The notes beneath the pieces were generated by a model. That model was not told where the DNA came from and did no database searches. It worked only from the letters and a program-made list of their open reading frames with translations. 64,000 nt of DNA from Mobula hypostoma (taxonomy: Eukaryota): assembly GCF_963921235.1 (NCBI RefSeq), contig NC_086097.1, positions 247,382,001 through 247,446,000 of the forward strand. The letters run 5' to 3'. Below are positions 37,374-50,864 of the stretch, one piece after another (positions within the stretch are counted from its first letter, which is position 1; every line of letters starts with the position of its first letter). A program made the translations under genes and the position numbers.

Positions 37374-40300
37374 AGTGGGAGAGTGTTTCTGCCCCAGGGG
37401 TGAAGGCCATGTGTCAGTTTGCCATCTTTGTGAAGGCAGAGGGAAAGGAGGGGAAAGGATCGAGCGGTGGATCAATTGGGAGCTTCTGATGACGTCATTC
37501 CCCAAGTTTACTGTAACCTGACTACTCTGAAGACAAATCAGCTGTCGGAATTGAATCCTGGGGAAATGGCTGCTGCTCAGCGAGATGATCCGGGCATTGG
37601 TAGTATTTGGGTGGTGGTCGAAAAGGGAGACATGGCTCAGGCACAGAAGATGAAATATGCGTCGGTGCCTCCATTACTGCAAGAATGGAGTTGAAGAACC
37701 AGATCCTATACCGGGTCATGTCACCCCCAGACCGACCTTGGCGTTGCCAGTTGGTTCTGCCTGAGAAGTATCGGAGGATTGTGTTGAAGTCACTTCATGA
37801 CAATTCTGGACATTTGGGGGTGGAAAAGACCTATGGATTGCTCAGAGACCGGTTTTACTGGCCCCAGATGAAATTGAATGTTGAAGAATACTGCAAGTCG
37901 TGCATTCGATGCATACGGCGGAAGACACTGCCTACGTGGGCAGCTCCCTTGTCCCACTTAGACTTTGCCTCCGGACCCGGTGTGTATGGATTTCCTGTCA
38001 GTAGAACCCGATGCCAGCAACACGGCGAATGTCTTAGTCGTCACGGACCACCACACCAGATATGCTCAGGCTTTTCCTACCAAGGACCAGAGGGCATCTA
38101 CAGTGGCAAAAGTGTTATGGGAGAAGTATTTCATTTATTATGGCCTTCCCAGGTGAATACATAGTGATCAGGGACGGGATTTTGAGAGCAGACTCATCCA
38201 TGAGTTACTGGGCATGCTTGGAGTTGAGAAGTCGAGGACCACGCCCTATCACCTGCGGGGTGATCCCCAGCCCGAGAGGTTCAATCGGACCTTGCTGGAC
38301 ATGCTTGGGACCCTGGAGATCAGCAAGAACGGCAAGTGGAGTTCACAGTTACAACTATACTTGAAATGAAGCTACTGGGTACTCGCCATGTTATCAGATG
38401 TTTGGATGTGAGGTGAGGTTTCCCATTGACCCTTGGTTTGGGACTGACGAGGGTGACTTACCCCCGAAGACTTATCTGAAGTATGTGTCTGACATGAGAA
38501 GAGAGCTAAAAAGGGCTTATGAATTAGCTGGGGTCGCGGCTGTCAAGCAGAATCAAGAAAATAAGATGAGGTACGATCAAAAGGTGAGGTTCTCCCAACT
38601 CCAGCCGGGAGACCGAGTCCTCGTAAGGAATTTGAAGCTACCTGGAAAGTACAAGTTGGCTGACCGCTGGGCGGCCACACCCTATGTGGTGGAGAGTCAG
38701 ATGCCAAACCTACCAGTTTTCTGGGTGAAACCAGAGGATGGGAATGGGCCTGTCAAGATTCTCCAATGGAACCACCTGTTGTCCCTGGGACAAGAGGTGC
38801 AGGTTGACCCAGAGCCCGACTTGCAGCCTACACCTGGTAAGAGGACTCTGCGGAAACGCGGAGTGACTACAGGCGAGGTTAGGCCGGCCCCCACCCCTGA
38901 GGGGGATACTGATATGGAAGATGAGGGCCTAGATGTGTGGTACCTGCTGCCTTTCACTAACTCCCCATCGATTGAGGAAGAGACTCCCAGCCCTTCTCTC
39001 GCTGAGTCAGGTGAAGTGGGGGGTGGTGGCTATCTGTGGACAGCCTGGTTTGCAGTGGGACTCTGCAGGGGAGGAAACAGGGCTCGGCCACGGGACAGAG
39101 GGGTCCGACTTGCAGGTGGGCAAGAGTGATAGGTCTGGGGAGGCCTCGCCAAGTAGACCGGAAGTATCCCCGGTAGTGTCTGAACCTGAAGAGTTAGGTG
39201 AGGGGGTACGGAAGGTCTCAGAAAATTAGGAGACCACTGGATGGGCTGGCCTACGTAGCACCAGGGGAGCAGAGTGTGACCCCTACTGTGTTGGGGAGCT
39301 ATGTCACTGCTTTTTACACCTGGATTGGGCTTTGTGTTTTGCAGGAAGGGTTGGCAAATTATCTCATCGTCATGAGGACAAGACTAAATTTGGTGGGGGA
39401 AAGTGTAACACACTGTAAGGTTTTACTACTAATGTAATGGCCTCTCTGTAATGTTCCACTGCTGAGGTAATGGTTTCTCTGTAGCAGCAATGTTTGGGTT
39501 GTGACTAGAGATAACGGGGCACGTTAGCCAATGAGTGGGATGTTGTTCTTGCGCATTTGGGAGCAGGGATTTTGCAGTCTTTTGTCGAGGAGTGATGAAC
39601 AGAGAGGACGTGAATGGAGAGAGTTGGTAGACCACTGAACAGAGTGGACTGTGGAACGAGGGTCCGAGGGTCGGCTACGCTCGGAGGAGCATGATGGGAA
39701 CAAATGGATGACACCGTGAGCTCCAATGTTTGCGCATTAGACTGTTTCATGAGAATGGGCCCGTTTCTTTACCAACCATATAGTCAAATAAAGAATTATA
39801 AAACTCAATTGCTTAATCACATATTGTGTACTGTTTGTTATCTCGTGATACTGATTTGTAACAGGGGACACATCGCACAGCATCCACCCAAACGAGATTT
39901 CTTAAGTTTGGCCGGGCCAGGGGTGGGGGGTGCTATCATTCCCTAGATTAAGCTGCTAGCTGAACCGAGGGTTACAGGCGCTTTTGGGGAAGGCAGTTTG
40001 CAGGGTGGGCAGTGTCCACCATGACTTCTCCTACCTGCTTCTTTGTGCTGGACACATGCAAGTCCTGCAGTGATGAGAGACTGCAGCCAAGAACGTTTTC
40101 TGCTGACCTGACAGTTCACTGTAGTTTTTGTACACTGTGAGAGGGTGCTGCACCAAACCAGACAGTGATGGCTGATGTGAGGGTGTTCTCGATGACGGCA
40201 GTGTAGAATTGCATCAGTATGTTCTGGGGAAGCTGGAATTTTACCAACAGCTGTAAGAAGTTCATCCTCTGCTGAGCCTTTCATTAATTAATTCTATCAC

Positions 40301-41013
40301 ATGAAGTCCTGCAAAATAATGATGTCCAGGAAGCTGAATGTTGAAACAGTGCTCACTGAGTTGCACAATCTGATAACTGTTTACTGCCTCTGCATAATTA
40401 CATTTGGCACGATATGTCTGGATAGAATGGAAGATTGAAGTTTTTCACTGTATTTCACCACATCTGACAGTTACAACCCAATAACAATTTCACTCCGTGC
40501 CAGTCAACTGTGCAAAATTCTCCTCCCCATCATCCATCGCGCCATTCAACACAGTTGTCCTCAGAGAATCATGTCATGCCAGTGTTCTCCACTACAATGA
40601 TCAAAGGCAATTCCATAGAAAAGCAGCATCCATCATTAAGCACCCCCATCACTCAGGACTTGCCCCTTCTCATTGCTAACATCATGGAGGAACTACAGGA
40701 GCTTAAAGACCCGCACTCAACATTTTAGAAACAGCTTCTTCCCCTCCACTATTAGATTTCTGAATGGACAATAAACCTATGATCACTACCTCCTTATTTT
40801 AGCTCTCGATTTGCACTACTTATTAAATTTAATTTATATACAGTGGATTTGGGTTAATCGGGACAGCCACGTATTTGGGACAACTCTTAAAAGAACAAAA
40901 AGAAAATCAAAAAAATAACTGGGATTGCCTTTGTTTATTTGGGACACTATGCCACCTAATTGGGACAGGAGGCCATTGCCGAACAGTTTCTAACTAGTTT
41001 CACTTGCCTGCAT

Positions 41014-41649
41014 GTCATAGTAGTAGTAGTAGTAGTCATACTTTATTGATCCCAGGGGAATTGGTTTTCATTACAGTTGCACCATAAATAATAAATAGTA
41101 ATAGAACCATAAATAGTTAAATAGTAATATGTAAATTATGTCAGTAAATTATGAAATAAGTCCAGGACCAGCCTATTGGCTCAGGGTGTCTGACCCTCCA
41201 AGGGAGGAGTTGTAAAGTTTGATGGCCACAGGCAGGAATGACTTCCTATGACGCTCTGTGTTGCATCTCGGTGGAATGAGTCTCTGGCTGAATGTACTCC
41301 TGTGCCCAACCGGTACATTATGTAGTGGATGGGAGACATTGACCAAGATGGCATGCAACTTGGACAACATCCTCTTTTCAGACACCACCGTCAGAGAGTC
41401 CAGTTCCATCCCCACAACATCACTGGCCTTACGAATGAGTTTGTTGATTCCGTTGGTGTCTGCTACCCTCAGCCTGCTGCCCCAGCACACAACAGCAATC
41501 ATGATCGCACTGGCCACCACAGACTCGTAGAACATCCTCAGCATCGTCCGGCAGATGTTAAAGGACCTCAGTCTCCTCAGGAAATAGAGACGGCTCTGAC
41601 CCTTCTTGTAGACAGCCTCAGCGTTCTTTGACCAGTCCAGTTTATTGTC
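41014..41649 (-). mobile_element. Rex1/Babar LINE 3' fragment
   Basis: ORF 41173-41709 is nearly identical to the 13330-13930 copy; (tag)n/(tatgac)n tail. Confidence 0.88.
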
Positions 41650-41905
41650 GTGGCCTTTCGAAACTACATCTTGCTTAAAGTGATCAATTTTTAATAGTGT
41701 CACTTGCATGCGTTTGTGTTCAAAAACAGTGACTTTTGTTGCTAATTGTTGGTGAAAAATAAGCAGTAAGACAATTGAGAACAGTTTTGCTCACTGTGGT
41801 TTCAAGCATTTAGACTTGCAGATGTCAGAAACAGCTGGCAATGAAAATGAAATGATTTCACTACGTCAAAAAGTTAGGAATTTGAAGGTTATCGACAACC
41901 ACCTT

Positions 41906-44900
41906 TGTGTTATTATGTGTGCATAGTAAAGAACTTCAGTTCTCAGTGGGCAATGCAAGAAGTTTACTGAGAACTGGAAGCTATGATGGTGACCTGGTTG
42001 TGTGGGCACAGGGTTTAGCAGCAGTTCAGTGTTGAAATGTAAACAGACATCAAGTTTGTCTTTACTAAGAACAAGCAGAACATGGTGTTAGAAGACTGTG
42101 GGAGGTCTAAACATGGAGAGTTAATGAATACCAAGTAAATGTTGGAGATGGCAGAGTTTGTTATCAAAACGTTGGGTATAGTTGATACCTGGCTGGAAGC
42201 CCGAGAGGCGTTCACGCCTGGTGGAAAGAGTTTTCGTAGTTGCTTCACAGACCAAAGATGACCTAAAAAAACACACTCATGGAAGAGTACGCAGATGCCT
42301 TTGAGGGACCCGGATGCTTACCTGGTGTACACAAAATTTATATACAAAGTTTGTAGATGAGACAGTGACTCCTGTTGTCCATGCATGCAAGAAAGTTTAA
42401 TTTCCACTCAGAGGTGGTGAATCTATGGAATTTGTTGCCACGAGCGGCAGTGGAGGCCAAGTCATTGGGTGTATTTAAGGCAGAGATTGATAGGTACCTG
42501 AGTAGCCAGGGCATCAAAGGTTATGGTGAGAAGGCGGGGGAGTGGACTAAATGGGAGAATGGATCAGCTCATGATAAAATGGTGAAGCAGACTCGATGGG
42601 CTGAATGGCCGACTTCTGCTCCTTTGTCTTATGGTCTTATGGAGATAAGAACAGCAGAAAACTGCATAACCAATAGATTGGGTGAGCTTACTGATCACTG
42701 TGCAAAAGAAAAAAATGGAGCATTGTGGATATGTTTAGATCTAAGAGATCTCAATCAAGACATCACAAGAGAGCATTTTAAATGCCATCATGAGAGGAGA
42801 TTATGTCCCGGCTTGCAGCTGCCAAGTGGTTTAGCAAGCTCGACATGTCCTCTGGGTTTTGCTTTGGCAGATGAGGCAAATTTGAGATTGTGCACTTTTA
42901 ACCACAAGGAAGATCATGCTTTCTTTGGCAGCTGTATGGGATTCTGTCCATACCAGACGACTGCCATAAAACCACCCACATTATCTTTGAGGCCCTACGT
43001 AGTGTTGAGACCATTATCGTCTGGGGGTCCACCAAGGAGGAACGTGATGCACAACTGAGAGGAGTGTTTGACGTGACACAGAATGTCAATTTCAAATTAA
43101 ACAAGGAGATTTGTTAAATAAGGGTGTTAAGACACTGACTTTCATAGGAGGTGTCATCTCTGAAGAGGGAGTGAAGCCTGACCCATGAAAGAAGTCAGCC
43201 ATTGAAAATATGGAGAGACCCCAAAACAAAGAGGAGGTGAGATGTTTCTTGGGGATGGCGACTTACTTTGCTAAGTTCACTTCTCGACTGTCAACTGTGT
43301 CAGCGCCACCTAGGTTGCTCCTTGAGCAGCGAAATTAATGGATTTGGTCTCATGAACAAGAAGAGTGTTCCCAGATGCTGAAAAGAGCCATAACTGAAGA
43401 GCCCATGTTGAAGCTTAATGATCCAGAAAGGTGTACTATGACCTTGGCTGATGTGCCTCAGCACAGCCTTGGAGCAGTACTACTGCAACAGCATGACGAC
43501 ACAAAGAAATCGGTGGCCTGTACATCAAGAGCTTAATAAGTGTGTAAGTCAACTGGGTACAGATAGAGGAAGAGCTTGTCGCCAGCACATATGCATGTGA
43601 AAAGTTCCATCAGTACATCTATGAAAAAGCTTTTGAAGTGGAGACAGACCATAAACCATTGGTCTCAATTATGTCCAAACTACTGAATGACTGCACCATG
43701 GCGATACAGTGCATTTTGATAAGGCTGTAGATAAGTTTTGGCATGTCAACAAAAACAGTCAGAAACTTTTATAGATGTACAGTGGAGAACATTCTGACAG
43801 GCTGCATCACTGTCTGGGGCGGGGGGCGTGGGTGCTACTGCACAGGACCAAAAGAAGCTCAGCTTCTTCCCCTTTGCCATCCGATTCCTAAATGGACATT
43901 GAACTCATGAACACTACCTCACTACTTTTCAATATATATTATTTCTGTTTTTGTACGTTTTTTAATCTATTTAATATACTGTAATTGATTGATTGATTAT
44001 TCTTTCTTCTTCTTTGTCTATATTACGTATTGCACTGAACTTCTGCTGCTAAGTTAATAAGCTTCACAACACGTGCTGATGATAATAAACCTGATTCTGA
44101 TTCTGAAATCTGATGTGAAGATGATCTACATACTGAGAAAATATGTGTTTGCTGCTGGTGTGCTGTCTCGAGCAGTTGACAAGAAAGAGAAGAGTGACCA
44201 AGAGGTTAATGCAGATATACAGGGCTATAGAAACATAGAAAATAGGTGCAGGAGTAGGCCATTCAGCCTTTCGAGCCTGCACCACCATTCAGTATGATCA
44301 TGGCTGATCATCCAACTCAGAACCCTGTACCTGCCTTCCCTCCATATCCCCGATCCCTTTAGCCACAAGGGCCATATCTAACTTCCTCTTAAATATAGCC
44401 AATGAACTGGTCTCAACTGTTTCCTGTGGCAGAGAATTCCACAGATTCACCACTCTCTGTGTGAAGAAGTTCTTCCTAATCTCAGTCGTAAAAGGCTTCC
44501 CCTTTATCCTCAAACTGTGACCCTTCGTTCTGGACTTCCCCAACATTGGGAACAATCTTCCTGCATCTAACCTGTCCAATCCCTTTAGGATTTTATACGT
44601 TTCAATAAGATCCCCCCTCAATCTTCTAAATTCCAATGAGTATAAGCCTAGTCGATCCAGTCTTTGATCATATGAAAGTCATGCCATCCTGCTATACTGA
44701 CATGATTGTCACTTCCCTTTGACTATCTCCTGATAGAACAGAGCTGATGAGGAAACCAGCAGGGTGAGATGAAACAATGAAAGAACTCAAAGATATAATA
44801 CAGAAAGGATGGCCAGCAGCAAAGAATGACCCTCCAGTGTGTATTTGGGATTACTGGGTGTGCACAGCTGAACTGTCAGTATTAAAATATATGGTCTTCA

Positions 44901-46332
44901 AAGGGAACAGGTTTGAGATTCCAGTGTTGCTACACAAAGAAATGCTCCAGAAGATACACACAAAGGGCATATGGGTATGAAAAAATGTAAACGTAGAGCT
45001 TGTGAAGTGATGTACTGGTCAAGAATGAACCAAGACATCAACCAGACCATTGCTTCCTGTGAAATATGTCTTACCTACAGACCAAAACAGCAAGCAGAGT
45101 CGCTTATATCGGACCCTGTATCAGACAGGCCGTACTTCAAAGCTGGAGTGGATTTGTTAGATTGTAAAGTGAAGAGTCATATTGTTGTAACAGACTACTT
45201 TTCCAGTTACCTAGAGGTTGAAACACTGCAATCAACACCCAGCAAATCAGTTATCACCTTCCTGGAAGCTGTGTTCGTGAGGGTTTAGAGTTCCATGTGA
45301 AGTGGTATCAGGCAATGGTCCACAACTTTTGAGCCGTGAATTTGAGCCCTCTGCCAATGATTGGGGGTTTCGACATATAACTTAAAGCCCACATCACCCA
45401 AAATCTATTGGCCTTGAAGAGAGTTTGGTCAAGGTAGTGAATGGCTTCATGAAGAAAGCGCAAGATGGACGACAGGATTTCCACAAGAAAGGATTTACAG
45501 AAGTGAGCCACAGCAGAATGGCCTTTCACTAGCCCAGAGCTGATGGGTCGATGCATACACACTAACCTTCCAGTGCAGGTAAACCTGTTAACACCTAAAG
45601 AACAAGGTCAAAGTGGCTAAAGTGAAAGGGAAAGAAAAACAGAAACAGTGTCATGACAAGACTGCGAAAAGCCGACCAGTCCTGAAGTTTGGAGATCAAG
45701 TGTGAATCCAAGATCACCATTTTGGCATGTGGTCCATCCAAGGATATGTGTAAAAGGAAGTAGCTCCACATCCCTACCAGATCCAGACAGAGTGAGAGAC
45801 ACCGCTGAGAAGGAACTGTGTGGATCACAAGCTCCAACTCATAGGTGTGATGCATTATCTGACTACACCAAAGGGGCCAGCACATGTAAAAAATGAACAT
45901 GTTGATCAGAGTTCTCAGACAGACACAAATATTAACACAGCAAATGGAAGCAAACATTTGTGGAAACATATAGCAGGCCTCAAAGGACCATTAAACCACC
46001 TCAGAGACAGATTGAAAGGTGAAGAGTGGAAAAAAAAAGAAAAGAGACTGGCTGTGGAATGTAGATATCTTTGTTGGAAAGGATTATTGTTCCTTGCAGA
46101 TTTATGAGAGCATAGTATTGTGTTTGTTTTTCTTTCAAGGGAGAAGATGTGTTATTATCTGTACTTAATAAGGAACTTCAGTTCTCAGTGGGCCATGCAT
46201 GAGGTGAACCCGCAACCAGAAGCTACAGTAGTGACCTGGTTGCATGTGCACATGGTTGAGCAGCAGTTCAGTAATACAATGTTCTAACGTAAACCCACAC
46301 CAAGTTTTTATTTATGAAGAACAAACAGAACA
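41906..46332 (+). mobile_element. Gypsy LTR retrotransposon (Mag-like), short LTRs 41906-42082 and 46148-46332, gag largely deleted
   Basis: LTR pair tgtgttatt...cagaaca; PBS tggtgttagaag (tRNA-Leu-like); PPT aagggagaaga; 5-bp TSD acctt/atctt. RT ICLDLRDLN; integrase H..HMGMKKCKRRACEVMYW..CEIC, GVDL, VTDYFS. Confidence 0.88.
44228..44692 (-). mobile_element. CR1 3' fragment nested in Gypsy
   Basis: EFRRLRGDLIETYKILKGLDRLD; short duplication gctata at both ends. Confidence 0.85.
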
Positions 46333-46819
46333 ATCTTGAATGTTACAATGAAAGTGTATCATTTATGCAATGGAGGATGAGATCGTTGAAAACACTGCAT
46401 GAAGGTAGTATCTGCACTAGGTGTCTGCTCTGATTTTGTTCATTAACAGTCAATCAAAAGAACATGGCAGCATACAATGGATGAATTCCTTAGTCGATAA
46501 CTATTAGGAACTAATACACGATGTTAATTATTTTTATTATATCTATTTATTGAGATATAGTGTGGAATAGGCCCTTTGGGCCCTTTGAACCACACTGCCC
46601 AGCAACCCCCGGCAAGTAGTGGCATGGATAGTATTCTATTCTGTATTTCATTTAAATACATGATTTGTTACCCAGTTAAATGGCAGTTCGACTTTTTTAT
46701 GCCTTTTTTAAACAACTTTCTTGAAATTTGGTTATGGGACAGCTACTTAATTTGGCAAAAATGTACTGGTGCCAATGTGTCCCAACTAACCAGAATCCAA
46801 TGTGTGTTTAATGTATATA

Positions 46820-47242
46820 CAGTACTGTACTGTGCAAAAGTCTTAGGCATGCTAAATTTTTTATATGGTTTCAGATGGTATGACCCCCACAGAGTCCTGA
46901 TCTCAACATCATCAAGGCTGTCTGTGATTACCTGGAGAGACAGAAGTAAGTGAGATAGCCAAAGTTTGCAGAAGGACTGTAGCAAGTTCTCCAAGGCGCT
47001 TGGAACAACCTACCAGCGGAGTTTTGTTTTTATAAAACTGCATGACAGTGGACTTAAAAGAATTGATGCTGCTTTAAAGGCAAAGGGAGGTCACACCAAA
47101 TAATGATTTGATTTAGTTTTTACTGTTTAATTCTCCTTATAGTAAATCTTCTGATATTTAGCAACTTTTCATTTCATTATTTTTGAAAGCACCTTTGCTT
47201 TACAGAACACTTTTACATATGTCTATCATTTGCACAGTGCTG
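46820..47242. mobile_element. Tc1-type non-autonomous element
   Basis: TA|cagtactg..tgcaaaagtcttaggca ... tttgcacagtgctg|TA; internal Tc1 transposase C-terminal remnant (..KAKGGHTK). Confidence 0.75.
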
Positions 47243-47867
47243 TATATATTTCTGACTGTAATTTATAGTTATAGATTAAATGACGATCACAGGCAAACAA
47301 GGGTGATAATGAGAGAATAACAAAACAAAAAGATTGGACTGTAAATTGTAACTGTCCAAGAAATTGACAGCTGTGCTTATGATCTAAAGGAGTTGAATCC
47401 AACAGCCAGCCTGCAAGTTTGTAAAAGCACGCTCCAAAGATGAAATGCAGTTCCTCGGGCTTGCATCGAGCTTCAGTGGACAGAGTTGAAAGTGGGTTGG
47501 AGGCAGAAGATTATAGTGACAGGCAACTGAAAACTCTTGCTCAGAGACTGACTGGAGGTGTTCAGTCACACTTCCATCTAGTCTGTATCCAGTTGTCCCT
47601 GAGTACAGAAGGCAAATTGTATCCAGTGTACTGGTCAGAACAATGCAAAAAGATACTGCTTCATTAGGTAGGAGTACTTAGGCAACTGAACAATGTAAGA
47701 AGTTTCTCAGAATGCAGAATTAGAATCAGAATCAGGCTTACTATCACTGACATACAGTATGCTTTGTGACTTGTTGTTTTGTGGCAGCAGTACAGTGCAA
47801 TATATCCATAGACCCACACACATATTTTTTATATATATATATGGTAAGTCATGCATATGTGTTTTTT

Positions 47868-48090
47868 GTGTTGGGCACGTGGCCAAGTGGTTAAGGCATT
47901 CGTCTAGTGATCTGAAGGTCGCTAGTTCGAGCCTCAGCTGTGGCGGCATGTTTGTGTCCCTGAGCAAGGCACTTAACCACACATTGCTCGAGTCTGTGCG
48001 AGGAGTGGCGCCCCACACAGACTTCCAATCTGCGCCTTGTAAGGCATGAAAATGCCCGACGCAGGCCTCTCATGGTCTGAGTCAACATTC
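47868..48090 (+). mobile_element. tRNA-derived SINE, same head as 22666-22958
   Basis: Box A tggccaagtgg, box B gttcgagcc, core gtgtccctgagcaaggcacttaaccacacattgctc. Confidence 0.8.
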
Positions 48091-48129
48091 CCTCCCCCCT
48101 CCCCCATGCAAAAAGAGAGCAAAAATAAT

Positions 48130-48890
48130 ACGCTAGTTCATCGTCCGTTCAGAAATCTGATGGTAGTAATGAGAAGACAGCATGTCCTGGGTGATAAGGG
48201 CCCTTAATGATGAATGTTGGATTTTGAGGCATCACCTTTGAAGCTGTCCTCAATACTGGGGAGACTAGTGTCCATGATGAAGTTGGCTAAGTTTACAACT
48301 TTCTGCAGCTTATTCTGATCCTCTCTGCATGGTACATCTGTAGAAATTTTCAAGTATCTTTAGTAACGTACCAAGTCTCCTCAAGCTCCTAATGAAATAT
48401 AGCTGCTGCCGTGCCGTCTTTGTAATTGCCTCAATATGTTGGGTCTAGGATAGATCCTCCGAAATGTTGACACTCAGAATTTGAAAATGCTCACCCTTTC
48501 TACTTCTGATCCATCTTTGGTCTTACTGATGTTGAGTGCAAGGTTGTTGTTGCAATATCACTCAACCAGCTGATCTATCTTGCTTCCTTGTCACCATCTG
48601 AAATTTTGCCAGCAATAGTTTTGTCATTGGCAAAGTTATAGATGGTGTTTGAGCTGTGCCCAGCCACACAATCGTTGGTGTAGAGAGAGTCGAGCAGTGG
48701 GCTAAGCACACATCCCTGAGGTGTGCCAGCGTTGATTGTCAGTGAGGAGGAGAAGTAATTTCCGACCTGCACAGACTGTGGTCTCCCAGTGAGTAAGACA
48801 AGGATCCAGTTGCAGAGGGAGGTTTTTGGAGCTTTTTGATTGGAACTTAGGGTATGATTGTGTTGAATGTCAGTAAACAGCATCAGCCTT
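48130..48890 (-). mobile_element. Rex1/L2-type LINE RT fragment
   Basis: [45 protein letters not shown]. Confidence 0.8.
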
Positions 48891-49330
48891 GTTCATCCAC
48901 AAAATAGTAAACTTCTCCTTCCTCTGTCCCACTCCATCAAGAGAGGTAAGTAGGGCATGCCGGAGTCTTTGCTTATGAAACCCAAAGGAAGAGGAGAACG
49001 TTGATCTATAAATACAACAACTAAAATGTCTGGGTCAGATTGAAAAGGTCAGGGTGCTGGAGCTGGAGGCAAGAGACAGGCCAGTTCAGCTCGCTGCTCC
49101 ATGAGGTTTACTCACTTCTGCACTGAACTGAGGCTGCGGCTGGCGGCTTCATGTCCGTGGGTTCACTCTCGTGAACTTCAGTCCTGAATCCTATTTGCTT
49201 ACTATAGTTGTTTGCTTGATTTGTTTCTTTTCTGTACATTGGGTGTTGACAGTATTGTCTTTTTCATGGGTTCTATTGAGTTTCTTTGTTTTGTAGCTGC
49301 CTGTGAGGAGATGCATCTCAAGGTTGTATA

Positions 49331-49475
49331 ATGTATATTATACATACTTCGATAATAAATGTATATTATACATGCTTCGATAATAAATGTATATTATGTA
49401 TGCTTTGATAATAAATGTATATTATACATGCTTCGATAATAAATGTATATGAAACATACTTCGATAATAAATGTA
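49331..49475. repeat. Minisatellite, 5 x 28 bp
   Basis: Unit atgtatattatacatacttcgataataa, five head-to-tail copies. Confidence 0.95.
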
Positions 49476-50009
49476 CTTTGAACTTTTGAACTTTGATTAT
49501 ATTTTCACTGTTGGGCCCCAAACAGAGGAAAGGTGAACATAACATGATTTCTCTTGAACTTTCAGGGACATTCAGCTACCTTCCTGTCAGCTTGTATTGA
49601 TGAAATCCAATTCTGGGTTTGGTGTCTTGTCTGATCTTCCCAGGTCTGAACCCATATTATCAAAAACAAAAATATTTATGTGCGGTCGTGTTGGTAAAGA
49701 GTGTGTGAACATCAAAAGTGTGAAAGTTATTCCCTTCTCCAGTTATTTATTTAAAAAATACCGTATCTAACAGTTTAAAAACTAGTTTATAGTTTAATAA
49801 ATATAACAGGACTATACTTTGATGTTCCTGTCTACTTCTTATGCAAATGGGCAGACTACAGTCCGTTTTATGTAAATAGACAGTAGGCTTTTTGCATCTT
49901 TAGAAACTAGTTTCCATAATAAATACAGTTCACCAGGAATTTTTGTCCTTCCATCATCCTCTCCCAGATACATCTCCATGTTTAGCAAATGAACAAGTCT
50001 TTTCAACAA

Positions 50010-50746
50010 GTCCTTATAAATGGTAAGGCTCTTGGCGGAGCGGAGGATCTGAGAGATCTTGGGGTCAGTGTTGACACAACACTCAAAGCCGTTGTGCAGG
50101 TTGACAGTGTTTCTAAGAAAGCATATGGTGTGTTAGTATTTGTCAACCATGGGACTGAGTTCAAGAGTTATGAGGTAATGTTACAGTTATATTGGTCAGA
50201 CCTCAATTAGAGTGCTGTGTTCATCTCTGGTCACCTCACTACAGGAAGGATGTGGAAACTATAGAAAGGGTGCAGAGGAGATTTACAAGGATGTTGCCAG
50301 GATTGGAGGGTGTACCTTATGAGAATAGACTGAGTGTACTTGGTCTTTTCTCCTTTGAGCGTTGGAGGGTAAGACGTGACCTGATAGAGGTGTATAAGAA
50401 GGGTATTGATCATGTGGATAGCCAGAGGCTTTTTCCCAGGACTGAAATGGCTAACACAATGGGGCATAGTTTTAAGGTGCTTGGAAATAGGTACCGAGGG
50501 GATGTCAGGGGTAAATTTTTTCACACAGAGAGGAGTGGTGGATGCATGAAATGCCATGCCGATGGCGGTGGTGGTCGTGGTTACAATAGGGTCTTTTAAG
50601 ACCCTCTTAGATAGGTACATGGACCTCAGAAAAATAGAGGGCTTTGCACTAGGGAAATACTAGGCAGCCTCTAGAGTAGGTTTCATGATTGGCGCAACAC
50701 TGTGGGCCGAAGGGCCTGTAATGTGCTGCTAATTTCTATGTTCTAT
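50010..50746 (+). mobile_element. CR1 3' fragment
   Basis: VRPQLECCVHLWSPHYRKDVETIERVQRRFTRML; ttctatg tail. Confidence 0.85.
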
Positions 50747-50864
50747 GCTTCCATTATATCTCACCCGATATCACCACTGAATCTATCTTCTCCTCAACAT
50801 CTCTGGAGCACTCTTGTTCCTAAATACCCTCATCTATAGTTCCCCTTCTTTCTCCATCTGCTCT

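Larger units (their letters stand above)
32853..39976 (+). mobile_element. Gypsy LTR retrotransposon with PNMA-like gag, decayed; 5' LTR 32853-~33310 (3'-truncated), 3' LTR 39404-39976
   Basis: Paired LTRs tgtaac...ttaca; PPT ggtgggggaaag; 4-bp TSD ggag/ggcg. RT (CVDYRTLN, LDLRSGYYQI, VYPDD), RNase H (HTDASQEGLGGILYQ, HKLEFLALKW), integrase (H..GHLG..CKSCIRC, MDF, VTDHHTRYAQAF). The flanks rejoin into a Rex1-like 3' end like that at 11920-11995. Confidence 0.93.
40841..46802. mobile_element. Tigger/pogo-like non-autonomous DNA transposon hosting nested insertions
   Basis: TIRs TA|cagtggatttgggttaatcgggaca ... tgtcccaactaaccagaatccaatg; internal sequence rejoins across the Rex1 and Gypsy inserts. 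Confidence 0.75.

Noticed and set aside
42375..43058. 227-aa ORF as a chimeric gene
   Set aside because: Chance read-through of a CR1 3' insert into decayed Gypsy RT.
47868..47945. Possible tRNA gene
   Set aside because: It continues into a SINE core, has a second copy with a TSD at 22666-22958, and has no convincing acceptor stem.
49324..49475. CRISPR-like or loxP-like appearance of the 28-bp repeat (gtataatgtatattatac)
   Set aside because: No spacers, no complete 13-bp loxP arms, and the unit derives from a retroelement tail.
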